From: a virus
Length of the DNA stretch: 64,000 bases
Strand: one strand, 5' to 3'
Virus record (IMG/VR): IMGVR_UViG_3300027749_000040
Coordinates: 96,001 to 160,000 of that record
Below are positions 1-9,547 of the stretch, piece after piece. How positions within the stretch are numbered: position 1 is the first letter of the stretch; every line of letters starts with the position of its first letter. The position numbers and the translations under genes are program-made. The notes beneath the pieces were generated by a model. The model saw only the letters and a list, made by a program, of their open reading frames with translations, made no database searches and had not been told where the DNA came from.

Positions 1-2
1 GT

Positions 3-155
3 GACTTACCTACAGCAAAGAATTTACCAAAGCCTGACTTGTTATCTACTAGCGTAATGCTAAGTCGCGGTGTGTTAAGTTTACCAATCTATCCTGAATT
101 AACTGATGTAGAAGTTGATTATATAGCTGAGAAGGTTCATGAGTTCTATAAATAA
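3..155 (+). CDS. 3' end of DegT/DnrJ/EryC1/StrS-family sugar aminotransferase (5'-truncated by window)
   Basis: Manual translation DLPTAKN...SRGVLSLPIYPELTDVEVDYIAEKVHEFYK*; LSLPIYPEL is the typical DegT C-terminal motif. Confidence 0.75.
   Translation, partial: DLPTAKNLPKPDLLSTSVMLSRGVLSLPIYPELTDVEVDYIAEKVHEFYK
147..154 (+). promoter_or_regulatory. T4-late-type promoter TATAAATA
   Basis: Exact T4 late consensus overlapping the upstream stop codon, 4 nt before ATG 159. Confidence 0.65.
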
Positions 156-158
156 CTG

Positions 159-1106
159 ATGATAAAGATACCAGTCAAAGTAGAAAAAGCAGTTAAATCT
201 GAATGTAAGTTTATTGAATGGAAGATTCATAATGTATGCAATCTTAATTGTAGTTTTTGTGGATTAGAAAATAAAGATGGATCACAGCGATGGTCTTCTT
301 TAGCATCATATAAAGAGTACACCGATAAGATAGTAGATAGTTGCAATGGTATTCCTTTTTGGATTCAAATAACAGGTGGTGAACCTACATTGTTTCCTGA
401 ATTGATAGAACTAATAAAATATATCAAACAAAAAGGTGGTTATACTTCATTAATATCAAATGGTAGTAGAACATTAAGGTGGTGGCAAGAATTAAAAGAA
501 TCAATGTCACTCGATCAGTTGTATATAACTTATCACAGCGAACAAACAAATGACTACCAGCATGTTGCAAATGTACTTAATATTTTTCATAATGAACCCA
601 CAGAAACCATTTGCTTGATAACACATATAGTATTATCAATTGATTTGGCCTTTGAAGCTGGTCACTTTATGCAAGAAAATACAGGCGCAACCACAATTAT
701 AAAAGGTATGTCTACGCCAGACATATACAAAGACTATTCTACAGAACAATTAATCACACTGAAAAAATCAAATAGTCTATTTGGCAATTTAAAAAAATAT
801 AAAAGAAAAAATAATGTACCAGTTAAACATATGATTGATAGTGCATTATTAATAACATATGACGATGGTTCTACTAAGATAGAAAATCCGCAAACATTGA
901 TGAAAAATCAAGAAAATTATTTTTTAGGATGGAAATGTGATACAGGCAGAAATTTTATGAGAGTAGATTCTATGGATAAAATATATAGAGGTGTATGTGG
1001 TGAGGGAGGATCTTCTACAGAAATAAAGTTTACAGAAGATTATATGATATGTAACAGAAACAAATGTTTTTGCACCACCGACCTAATATCTACTAAAATG
1101 AAATGA
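159..1106 (+). CDS. Radical SAM protein with C-terminal Cys cluster
   Basis: CNLNCSFC (CxxxCxxC), TGGEP, ISNGS; C-terminal C..G..C...CNRNKCFC. Confidence 0.9.
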   Translation: MIKIPVKVEKAVKSECKFIEWKIHNVCNLNCSFCGLENKDGSQRWSSLASYKEYTDKIVDSCNGIPFWIQITGGEPTLFPELIELIKYIKQKGGYTSLISNGSRTLRWWQELKESMSLDQLYITYHSEQTNDYQHVANVLNIFHNEPTETICLITHIVLSIDLAFEAGHFMQENTGATTIIKGMSTPDIYKDYSTEQLITLKKSNSLFGNLKKYKRKNNVPVKHMIDSALLITYDDGSTKIENPQTLMKNQENYFLGWKCDTGRNFMRVDSMDKIYRGVCGEGGSSTEIKFTEDYMICNRNKCFCTTDLISTKMK

Positions 1107-1124
1107 ATATTTGTTTAATATTAG

Positions 1125-1132
1125 TATAAATA
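1125..1132 (+). promoter_or_regulatory. T4-late-type promoter TATAAATA
   Basis: Exact consensus 8 nt before ATG 1141. Confidence 0.65.
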
Positions 1133-1140
1133 AGAATACT

Positions 1141-1599
1141 ATGTGGATACTATCAATATTACCCGACGCCGCAATACATATAATATTTCTATTAGGTATT
1201 TTAGGCACCCTTGCTGGATTCATCTTAGGATTCATTCCTTTTGTCAAAACTTATCAAGTTGTCATACAAATCTGTAGCATTATTATACTTGTATTTGGTG
1301 TATACCTTGAAGGAGGCTTAGTTGACTACAAAAAATGGGAACTTAAAGTCAAAGAGATGGAAGCTAAAATTGCACACGCTGAAATAAAGTCTAGCGAAAA
1401 GAATGCGGAGATGCAACAAAAAATCGTAGAAAAAACCAAGATAGTACGAGAAAAGGGTCTTGACATAATTAAGTATATAGACCGCGAGGTAGTCATGAAT
1501 CAAGAAATTGTCAAGTACATTGAAAATTGCCCGATTCCTAAAGAAATTATAGACATACATAATCAAGCTACAGAATTGAATAAGGCGGCTATAAAATGA
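1141..1599 (+). CDS. Inner-membrane spanin (Rz-like)
   Basis: N-terminal TM helices, coiled-coil, C-terminal Cys; overlaps a downstream lipoprotein gene; ATG 1141 preferred to TTG 1111 because it follows the late promoter. Confidence 0.65.
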   Translation: MWILSILPDAAIHIIFLLGILGTLAGFILGFIPFVKTYQVVIQICSIIILVFGVYLEGGLVDYKKWELKVKEMEAKIAHAEIKSSEKNAEMQQKIVEKTKIVREKGLDIIKYIDREVVMNQEIVKYIENCPIPKEIIDIHNQATELNKAAIK

Positions 1600-1856
1600 G
1601 ATATTTACTAATTGCCCTATTATTAGCAGGATGTTCCACAACTGTACCTGTAACTCAAAAGTTTCCTAATGCTATCCCCGAATTGATGCAAAGTTGTGAA
1701 AATCTTAAAAAAGTTGAGGGTGATAAAGTAGCTATTACAGAAATGCTTAAGGTCATTATACACAACTATTCACTATACTATGAATGTTCAGCTAAAGTTG
1801 ACAGTTGGCAAGAGTGGTATAACGAACAAAAAAAGATATTTGATAGTGTAAAATAG
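1596..1856 (+). CDS. Outer-membrane spanin lipoprotein (Rz1-like)
   Basis: Signal peptide with lipobox LAG/C, P..P.EL...C...C pattern; overlaps the i-spanin candidate. Confidence 0.75.
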   Translation: MRYLLIALLLAGCSTTVPVTQKFPNAIPELMQSCENLKKVEGDKVAITEMLKVIIHNYSLYYECSAKVDSWQEWYNEQKKIFDSVK

Positions 1857-1907
1857 TAACATATTATGAAATATGTTGTAGGCCAAAAAAGAATTGGTCA
1901 GGCTTCT

Positions 1908-1915
1908 GATAAATA
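1908..1915 (+). promoter_or_regulatory. Late promoter GATAAATA
   Basis: Recurrent motif in intergenic DNA upstream of a structural gene. Confidence 0.65.
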
Positions 1916-1936
1916 CATTATAGTCTAGGAATTATA

Positions 1937-2758
1937 ATGACACAAGAAGTTATTGAAACAGGGGAAATACCAAACGATGGTTCTGGTGATCCACTTCGTT
2001 TAGCATTTGATAAAATTAACAACAATTTTGCTAACTTGTTTACCACAATAGGTGCTAATGTTGAGTTGATTGATTCCTCGCAATTTCCAGAAAGCAATGT
2101 GTCTAACAATGGTGGCACACAGAATATTTTAAATATTGGTCAAGTTATATTTAACACGACACAAATTGTTGAATCTATACCCACTGAACCGCAATTATTA
2201 TCATTTACTACGACGGAAGGCCCGTACGGGGCACAAGAATACATCAATATAGGTGCTACCCCTAACGATGGTCAAGGTGATCCATTACGAGTTGCATTTG
2301 GTAAGATAAACAATAACTTTAGCAATTTATTCTTTACAACAACTAACACCAGTAATGTATATACAAGTGGATTAACGCCAGGACAAGTTATATATGAGTA
2401 TCCAGCAAATAGCTTTACACAAGGCTCATTTCAGATTAGATCAAGCGATCCGGGAACGCCTAATAGTCAAGACATTACTATTTCAGCGCAAATTACAAAT
2501 AATAATGACGCAGTAAAGTTTACTGGTTATGCTATGACTTTTGCAGGTAATGCATTAACTAGATACGATATGGATGTAACTGGTGGAAATGTTAGAATTC
2601 TTGCCAATCCTATTGCAAATGCTTTTATTCTACATTTTATTGCATCTCAGGTTACATTCATTGGTGTCATGACACCGGGTGTTGATATTGGTCTTGACGG
2701 CTATGTTGATTCTGTTTTAGGCACACAAAATGGTGATATACTAACAACTGAAAATTAA
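1937..2758 (+). CDS. Virion structural protein with two T4 gp9/gp10-like N-terminal motifs
   Basis: IETGEIPNDGSGDPLRLAFDKINNNF and INIGATPNDGQGDPLRVAFGKINNNF. Confidence 0.7.
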   Translation: MTQEVIETGEIPNDGSGDPLRLAFDKINNNFANLFTTIGANVELIDSSQFPESNVSNNGGTQNILNIGQVIFNTTQIVESIPTEPQLLSFTTTEGPYGAQEYINIGATPNDGQGDPLRVAFGKINNNFSNLFFTTTNTSNVYTSGLTPGQVIYEYPANSFTQGSFQIRSSDPGTPNSQDITISAQITNNNDAVKFTGYAMTFAGNALTRYDMDVTGGNVRILANPIANAFILHFIASQVTFIGVMTPGVDIGLDGYVDSVLGTQNGDILTTEN

Positions 2759-2759
2759 A

Positions 2760-3155
2760 ATGCGAGCTAAAGAATTTATAAATGAAGGTAGAACTGGTAC
2801 AATCACACGTGATGTGGGATTGGCTCTACCCGGTGCATTTAAGATTCCTGCTCTTAAAAATCAAGACCCATACTTACAATATCGTTTTGGTGTAGCAATT
2901 GCTGGCGCTAAAGGTGCGGCTCAACGTGCTCAGGATCATGTACCAAAGTTTGACGGTAAAGAATCAGTGTTTGGTGAAAATGAAATCATAGTAAGCTATG
3001 ACCCAATGGCAGAAGTATGGATCAAAGACGCACTAGTATCAATGGGTATGCCTGCAAGCGATGCTGTACGTATTGGTACACAAGCTAGTGAAGAAGCACC
3101 TGATGTAGATAAATCTAGCCCAGTCAAAGCCTTTAAAGGATACAAGAGAAAATGA
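2760..3155 (+). CDS. Putative internal head protein (paralog A)
   Basis: N-terminus MRAKEFINE, C-terminus SPVKAFKGYKRK; paralogous to next gene. Confidence 0.5.
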   Translation: MRAKEFINEGRTGTITRDVGLALPGAFKIPALKNQDPYLQYRFGVAIAGAKGAAQRAQDHVPKFDGKESVFGENEIIVSYDPMAEVWIKDALVSMGMPASDAVRIGTQASEEAPDVDKSSPVKAFKGYKRK

Positions 3156-3526
3156 GAGCATATGAATTTTTAACTGAAGGTGAAGGCAAACCTCACCCTC
3201 ATCATTCGTCTGTATCACAGGGTATCTTTAAAACACGTGATATTGGTGGATATGATCGTATCTATCACATGAATCGTTTATGGATGGCAATGGCAATGGC
3301 TGATGGTAAAAGTCAAGATGCAGTTGAAATGGACAGTGCTAGTTTTGCTGAAAAGTATAACACGGTTCATCCATACACAGAAGAAGAATACAATATGTTT
3401 GTTGCGGCGACTAAAACTATACCAACAGATAAAAAAGATGTTGTGCCCTATAGTAAATCACAAGAACCTGATGATACTAACAAAACAAGTTTAGTCAAGC
3501 CATTCAAAGGCTACAAGAAAAAATAA
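3152..3526 (+). CDS. Putative internal head protein (paralog B)
   Basis: N-terminus MRAYEFLTE, C-terminus SLVKPFKGYKKK. Confidence 0.5.
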   Translation: MRAYEFLTEGEGKPHPHHSSVSQGIFKTRDIGGYDRIYHMNRLWMAMAMADGKSQDAVEMDSASFAEKYNTVHPYTEEEYNMFVAATKTIPTDKKDVVPYSKSQEPDDTNKTSLVKPFKGYKKK

Positions 3527-3579
3527 TTTCACTACCACATTTTTTGAATAAGTAATTATATCAAATTACAGGATTCTCA

Positions 3580-4269
3580 ATGATTGATATCAACAATACT
3601 CTCGACTTAATTAAACTAAAATTCTACAACGAATGGTTATACACAGCACATATCTATGATGAGGGCAACAGCCAAATGCATGAGAATCTCACTAGAGAAG
3701 TCGTTGCAAAATATATAGATCCTCTCAACTTACCAAAAGATATTAAAATCTTAGATTTAGGATGTGGTCCGGGTTATTTCTTAGATGAGATGAAAATTCG
3801 TAACTACACAGATGTTACTGGAGTTACATTAAGTCCCGGTGACATTAAGATTTGTGAAGATAAGGGTCACAAAATTGAAAAATATGATTTAAGTTTTCTT
3901 CCTCAAAAAGATGGATATTTTGATGAAAGTGTAGACTTTATTTTCTTGCGACATGCGTTAGAACACAGTCCATACCCTATCTTTAGTATTATGGAATATA
4001 ATCGTGTTTTAAAACAAAACGGTAAAATTTACATTGAAGTTCCTGCTCCAAATTGTGACCGCAAGCACGAATGGAATGCGAACCATTATAGTATATTAGG
4101 TGAACAACAACTAGCCGCGTTATTGACACGATGTGGATTTAATATTGATTACTTTAATAATTTAGAATTTGATATTCAAACACCGAACGATAAAGGTGAA
4201 TTGGCAACATCTAAAGAAAAATATTATTGTGTTTTAGCTACAAAAGCAAGACCGTTGGATATTAAATAA
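3580..4269 (+). CDS. Class I SAM-dependent methyltransferase
   Basis: ILDLGCGPG motif I; DESVDFIFLRHALEH; RVLKQNGKIYIEVP. Confidence 0.9.
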   Translation: MIDINNTLDLIKLKFYNEWLYTAHIYDEGNSQMHENLTREVVAKYIDPLNLPKDIKILDLGCGPGYFLDEMKIRNYTDVTGVTLSPGDIKICEDKGHKIEKYDLSFLPQKDGYFDESVDFIFLRHALEHSPYPIFSIMEYNRVLKQNGKIYIEVPAPNCDRKHEWNANHYSILGEQQLAALLTRCGFNIDYFNNLEFDIQTPNDKGELATSKEKYYCVLATKARPLDIK

Positions 4270-4275
4270 TGTAAA

Positions 4276-4950
4276 ATGAATCAATTTTTTATTAATTATT
4301 ATATAGGTGCAAGAGGTGATTTTTTAATAAAATGTTTACATGGTGATGTATTCGATGATAGTTTATTCAAGACATTATCTATTTTTTCTAAAATCCCTAC
4401 CACATTAGATTATAGTATAAAAATTCACGGTGATATTAACCCCGCGATAACAGAAATACAAAATTTTTCAAAAAAAAACAATTCTTGGGAAGAATTGTTT
4501 GATAATGTTAATAAACATCAATTAATAAAAATAAAAATACTTGCAGAATCATTTGAAGAACGCATTGATGTGATGTGGTTGGCATTAGCCAAAATTGTTT
4601 TAAATAATACAGAACACGTGCCGCATTTAACTAGTGAAGAGGTTCCTATACCTACATTAGACATACTAAATGCCAATAATATGTATATGTTAGATGGTGT
4701 TAATGTACATTTACCTAATGCTCAAAATATGGACAAAAAGTTTCAGCATGAATATGATTACATCATAAAGTTTGAAGACCTTTTTAATGCCGAATACATT
4801 CGAGATTTGTATAAGAAGATTAATGGCAAAGACATGCATTATTTACGATTTAAAGCCATAGAGAAAAATATTGCAATGCAGTATAGAATTAGTAAATCTG
4901 AGTTTTATCCAATTCTTAAACAAAGATATAATGCACTTGCTATAAACTAA
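4276..4950 (+). CDS. Hypothetical protein (possibly sulfotransferase/P-loop-like)
   Basis: ORF preceded by ATTAAATA (4261-4268); N-terminal YYIGARGDFL and internal IKFEDLF only weakly suggest a family. Confidence 0.5.
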   Translation: MNQFFINYYIGARGDFLIKCLHGDVFDDSLFKTLSIFSKIPTTLDYSIKIHGDINPAITEIQNFSKKNNSWEELFDNVNKHQLIKIKILAESFEERIDVMWLALAKIVLNNTEHVPHLTSEEVPIPTLDILNANNMYMLDGVNVHLPNAQNMDKKFQHEYDYIIKFEDLFNAEYIRDLYKKINGKDMHYLRFKAIEKNIAMQYRISKSEFYPILKQRYNALAIN

Positions 4951-4959
4951 ATACTCATT

Positions 4960-6081
4960 ATGAGTGATAATTTTTGTCCAGCCCCTTGGACCAGTATATA
5001 TACTAGCCCTAGTGGATTAGTAAAGCCGTGCTGTGTGTCTAAAGATACATTAGGTAATTTGAACAAAGATACTGTGTCAGATATCTTAAACAATGACAGA
5101 CATAAATTAATACAAAAAGAAATTTTAGAAAACAAATTACCTAAAGGTTGTTCGAATTGTAAAATAGGACCAGATAGTTTTAAAAAAACTATGGTAAAAA
5201 AATTTGAAAAATATCTACCAAATAAATCTTTCTATCAAAATGAAGGTAATTTTGAATTAAGACTTGCTGATTTACGATTTAGAAATACATGTAACTATGC
5301 GTGTATATATTGTGGCCCTGAACTCAGCTCACTTTGGGCTTCAATTAACAACAATTCTTATATAAACATTGAATCAGAGACACGCACTGACCTAATTGAA
5401 TATATTTTAACAAATGCAACAACATTAAATGATGTTATGCTTGCCGGTGGTGAACCATTATTGATTAAAGAAAATGAAATAATTTTACAAAAACTACTGG
5501 AAGTAAATCCAAATGTTCAAATATTCGTAAACACTAACCTATCGCAAATTAAAAATAACAAGATTTATGATTTACTGTTAAAATTTAAAAATGTTTGTTG
5601 GATTGTAAGTGTTGAAGATATAGGAGACCGATACAACTATATCAGATGGCCGGGTACTTGGGATAATTTTTATCACAACTTATTAGAATTAAAAAAAATT
5701 GAAGGTCATGATATTACATTTAACATGGTCTATACCATACTAAATTATAAAAGTATTTTTGATTGTATCAACTTATTAAAAAATAATGGATTTGTTTCAT
5801 TTACTATAACATATGTAAGTGGGAAGGCCGGATATTGGTTAGATCCAAGACACTTACCAACGGAACAATTAGAGGATATTAAAAATTTTTTAAAATTGAA
5901 AATAGATACTGGAACTGAAAAAAATACTTACCAAACTTTATTAAATAAAATTAATGAAGAATATAAACCAAACATCAATACTGTATTAGAGCGGTTAAAA
6001 AAATTTGATAGTGATAGGAAACTGAATAGCCAATATGTTTTCCCAGATCTGTATAAACTTATAAATATTCACTATGAGTAA
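4960..6081 (+). CDS. Radical SAM protein with N-terminal SPASM/twitch-like domain
   Basis: CPAPW...KPCC...CSNC, then CNYACIYC, AGGEPL, NTN. Confidence 0.9.
   Translation: MSDNFCPAPWTSIYTSPSGLVKPCCVSKDTLGNLNKDTVSDILNNDRHKLIQKEILENKLPKGCSNCKIGPDSFKKTMVKKFEKYLPNKSFYQNEGNFELRLADLRFRNTCNYACIYCGPELSSLWASINNNSYINIESETRTDLIEYILTNATTLNDVMLAGGEPLLIKENEIILQKLLEVNPNVQIFVNTNLSQIKNNKIYDLLLKFKNVCWIVSVEDIGDRYNYIRWPGTWDNFYHNLLELKKIEGHDITFNMVYTILNYKSIFDCINLLKNNGFVSFTITYVSGKAGYWLDPRHLPTEQLEDIKNFLKLKIDTGTEKNTYQTLLNKINEEYKPNINTVLERLKKFDSDRKLNSQYVFPDLYKLINIHYE
6060..6067 (+). promoter_or_regulatory. Late promoter TATAAATA for terminase large subunit
   Basis: Exact consensus, 6 nt before ATG 6074. Confidence 0.7.
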
Positions 6082-7621
6082 CGCACCGTCACTAGTAAAG
6101 AATCCTTATACCAAAACAGTTTTTAAAACTGATAAAGAACTACAGGATTTTATAAAATGCTGTGACCCTGATACAGGTTATCTATACTTTATGGATAACT
6201 TCTTTATCATACAACACCCTACTAAAGGGAGTATGGTTTATCATCCGTGGTCCTATCAAAAACGATTGATTGAAACCTATCATAATTATAGATTTTCAAT
6301 CTCATTGATGCCACGACAATCAGGTAAATCAACTTCAGCCGCAGGATATCTACTCTGGTACGCCATGTTTGTACCTGATAGTACTATCTTAGTTGCGGCA
6401 CATAAGTATACAGGTGCACAGGAGATTATGCAACGTATACGTTATGCATACGAAAACTGTCCTGACTATATTAAAGCAGGTGTAACAACATACAACAAAG
6501 GCTCATTAGACTTTGAAAACGGTAGTCGTATTGTTAGTGCTACAACTACTGAAAATACAGGTCGTGGTATGTCTATCACACTATTATATCTTGACGAGTT
6601 TGCATTCGTTAGACCAAGTATTGCTAAGGAATTCTGGACAGCTATCACACCCACACTAAGTACTGGTGGTAAAGCTATTATCACAAGTACACCAAACAGT
6701 GATGAGGATCAATTTGCTTATATTTGGAAGGGTGCTAACAAGACAGAAGATGATTTTGGTAACACAACAGAATTAGGTGTCAATGGCTTCAGAGCGTATA
6801 GAGCGCATTGGAGTGAACAACCCGGAAGAGATCAAAAGTGGGCTGATGAAATAAAAGCACAACTCGGTGAAGATCGTTTCAACCGAGAAATTGGTTGTGA
6901 GTTCATTATCGCTGATGAAACACTGATTAATCCAAATACATTGATTGCTTTGGAAGGGATTGAGCCCGTTAAACGTATAGGACAAGTTCGTTGGTATGAC
7001 ACTCCTTTAAAGGGTAACTTGTATTGTGTAGGTTTAGATCCAAGTCTAGGTACAGGCGGTGATCCGGCAGCTATTCAAATCTTTGAAGCAAACACAACTA
7101 AGCAGATTGGTGAATGGAAACATAATAAAACTGATATACCTAGCCAAATCAAACTACTATCTCAGATTAACAAATACATAGCAGAATGTACAGGTGAGCC
7201 CAACAACATCTATTACAGTATTGAGTGTAACGGTATTGGAGAAGCCGCAATTGTATCATTAAACGAATACGGAGAATCGGGTATTCCGGGTGTCTTTATT
7301 AGTGAAACTGGTAAAGGTCGTAGAGGATTCAATACAACGAACAAGAGTAAGTTAGCAAGCTGTGCCAAATTTAAAACTCTAGTTGAAAGCAAGAGAATGA
7401 CTATAAATAGTCGTAGTCTTATCAGTGAGTTAAAAGCGTTTGTAGCACACGGGGGCAGTTATGCCGCCAAAATAGGTGATACAGACGATTTGATTATGGC
7501 TAGCTTATTAGTAACACGTATGCTACAACAATTGAGTGACTATCATTTTGATTTAGAGAACCAGATTCGTGACCATGATGAGTATATTGCACCCCTACCG
7601 TTCTTTGCGGTGATGAGCTAA
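6074..7621 (+). CDS. terL: Terminase large subunit (T4 gp17-like)
   Basis: YQ motif, PRQSGKS Walker A, LYLDEFAF Walker B, ITSTPN, nuclease GLDPSLG and DDLIMA. Confidence 0.95.
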   Translation: MSNAPSLVKNPYTKTVFKTDKELQDFIKCCDPDTGYLYFMDNFFIIQHPTKGSMVYHPWSYQKRLIETYHNYRFSISLMPRQSGKSTSAAGYLLWYAMFVPDSTILVAAHKYTGAQEIMQRIRYAYENCPDYIKAGVTTYNKGSLDFENGSRIVSATTTENTGRGMSITLLYLDEFAFVRPSIAKEFWTAITPTLSTGGKAIITSTPNSDEDQFAYIWKGANKTEDDFGNTTELGVNGFRAYRAHWSEQPGRDQKWADEIKAQLGEDRFNREIGCEFIIADETLINPNTLIALEGIEPVKRIGQVRWYDTPLKGNLYCVGLDPSLGTGGDPAAIQIFEANTTKQIGEWKHNKTDIPSQIKLLSQINKYIAECTGEPNNIYYSIECNGIGEAAIVSLNEYGESGIPGVFISETGKGRRGFNTTNKSKLASCAKFKTLVESKRMTINSRSLISELKAFVAHGGSYAAKIGDTDDLIMASLLVTRMLQQLSDYHFDLENQIRDHDEYIAPLPFFAVMS

Positions 7622-7630
7622 GAGGTAAAA

Positions 7631-7638
7631 GATAAATA
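7631..7638 (+). promoter_or_regulatory. Late promoter GATAAATA
   Basis: 4 nt before ATG 7643. Confidence 0.65.
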
Positions 7639-7642
7639 CATT

Positions 7643-9547
7643 ATGCCAAAAAACACAGAATCTTTGAATCGTTCACTTTTCGACCTATTGCATAGCAAGG
7701 GTCTTGATCCTACTATGTTAAGCACTGCAGGTAAGGAAATTCCTACCCCTGAAGAAGCAGAAGTTTTCCAATTTAACTTTGTTAAAGACGGAGAAGACTA
7801 TGGAACAGTTACTATCTCTATTGATGGACTACATAAATTAACAGTTTATTTTGGTGACGAAGTAGCTAATAGTGAAAAAGAAGAATTAGAATCTGATGAC
7901 ATATCTTGGTATAAATTATTAAATCAATTGAAGAAGTTTTCACAAAAATATCAATTGAGTTTTGAATTACGGAATTTAAGCAACTTAAAGCACGACATGG
8001 CAAAGAGGGAATATATGAAGAAAAAAGAATCAATTGCAGAAGGTTACTACCCAATGGGCAGAAAAGCAAGTTACAGTGATGCTGTACCTAGCGTAAAGAT
8101 TGTGTTGCAACATAGTCGCCAAATCGAAGAAGGCGAACAACGTTATCGTAATGTTGAACGTATCTTCTTAGAGAATGAACAGGGTGAAAGATTCTTAGCA
8201 CCAACTACAAGACCTGGCATTGCACGTGTATATGCTAGACATATTGCAGAAGGTGGTATGCCACATGACGAACGTTGGAACCACATTGGTAGTTTATGTG
8301 AAGAATATAGTAAGATGGCTGGATTTGTTCGTGCTACTCGCAGTGGTCAATTTACAGAATCAACACAGAAATTGATTGCTGAGGGTATTAATCACTATCA
8401 ATCATTGCGTGAGTCATTAAGTAAATTAGCAGGTCACCGTGGTTATAATGCGTACTTTGAATCATGGAGTCCTCCATTAATGGAAGATGATAGCGACATG
8501 AGTAACATCAACGAATTGTTTGTACAAGAAACAGTTGATCCACGGATTGAATCAGTAATGCCAATACTGTCTAAGCTACAGAAGAAGATTAGTGAAATGT
8601 CAGAAGTTACTGAATTAAGTGAATGGGCAGATAAGTTAATTGAAGGTGACGAAGATATTGAAGATGACCAAGCCGATGATGCGGCAGATGATGCTGAAGA
8701 AGAATTAACAGAAGCTCCTGGCGCAGAGACATTAGGTCATAATGTAAGAACGGATGCTAAGAATTTAAGAGCATTTGATTTAGAGGAAGAAGAAAGTCTA
8801 ACAAGTAATAATCCACAAGGCGTTCCAGAAAGTGCTGAAGATAATCCAGTAGCCGGCGCTATTACTCGTAGAATATTATCACAACGATTAGACTTGTTAA
8901 AGAAGTACGGTCCTGTAGCAGTTACACAAGCTATCGATGACATTGCAGATTTCGTTGGTGACACTGATGAAATTGGTTCAAGTGATGTAAGTGGTTGGAT
9001 CAAACAAATAGAACAAACATTAGGTGGAGTTGATGAAGGTATACTAAACACACTAAAGAAAGTTGGCGGCAAAGTGTTAGACACATTAGGTCACGAAGAT
9101 GATGTGTTAAAAGACTTGCAAAAGAAAGCTGGCATACCTGCTCATGCACAACACGGTAAGCCTAACATGGCTCAATCTAACGAAAAAGAAGTTGATGAAA
9201 GTGCATTACAAGCATACTTGGGTGATAAGAAGTATGGTAAAGATGGTATGGATGCATTGCGTGATGCAGGTCGTGACCATGCTAGCGAGAAAACAATGCA
9301 AAACATTCGTGCCAAATATAGTAACAAAGAAGTTGCAGAAAAATTTGATCCATTGAAACATATTGATAAAGACAAACAAACTCCTGATATTAAGAAGGCA
9401 GCTAAAGATGTTAAGCAAGGTAGCTATGCTGACCGTGCGGCATTGATGAAGGCAGGCGGAGTTAAAGATGACCGCGGTCCACGTGGTGTAACAATGGCAG
9501 AAGGTCAAGATGACTTGGATACTATCAAACGATTATTGAGAAGATAA
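7643..9547 (+). CDS. Late hypothetical protein, probable head-internal/scaffold-type
   Basis: Acidic C-terminal half with repeated hydrophobic-x-E motifs (IAEG, LTEA, VDEG, MAEG); late promoter. Confidence 0.5.
   Translation: MPKNTESLNRSLFDLLHSKGLDPTMLSTAGKEIPTPEEAEVFQFNFVKDGEDYGTVTISIDGLHKLTVYFGDEVANSEKEELESDDISWYKLLNQLKKFSQKYQLSFELRNLSNLKHDMAKREYMKKKESIAEGYYPMGRKASYSDAVPSVKIVLQHSRQIEEGEQRYRNVERIFLENEQGERFLAPTTRPGIARVYARHIAEGGMPHDERWNHIGSLCEEYSKMAGFVRATRSGQFTESTQKLIAEGINHYQSLRESLSKLAGHRGYNAYFESWSPPLMEDDSDMSNINELFVQETVDPRIESVMPILSKLQKKISEMSEVTELSEWADKLIEGDEDIEDDQADDAADDAEEELTEAPGAETLGHNVRTDAKNLRAFDLEEEESLTSNNPQGVPESAEDNPVAGAITRRILSQRLDLLKKYGPVAVTQAIDDIADFVGDTDEIGSSDVSGWIKQIEQTLGGVDEGILNTLKKVGGKVLDTLGHEDDVLKDLQKKAGIPAHAQHGKPNMAQSNEKEVDESALQAYLGDKKYGKDGMDALRDAGRDHASEKTMQNIRAKYSNKEVAEKFDPLKHIDKDKQTPDIKKAAKDVKQGSYADRAALMKAGGVKDDRGPRGVTMAEGQDDLDTIKRLLRR

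Noticed and set aside
1866-1928. 20-codon ORF MKYVVGQK... and an AACATATT/AATATGTT inverted repeat after the spanins, possibly a deleted-gene remnant
   Set aside because: Too short, no SD, and cannot be supported without comparison to relatives
7643-9547. Portal call for the gene after TerL
   Set aside because: No recognisable T4 gp20 motifs; acidic low-complexity composition
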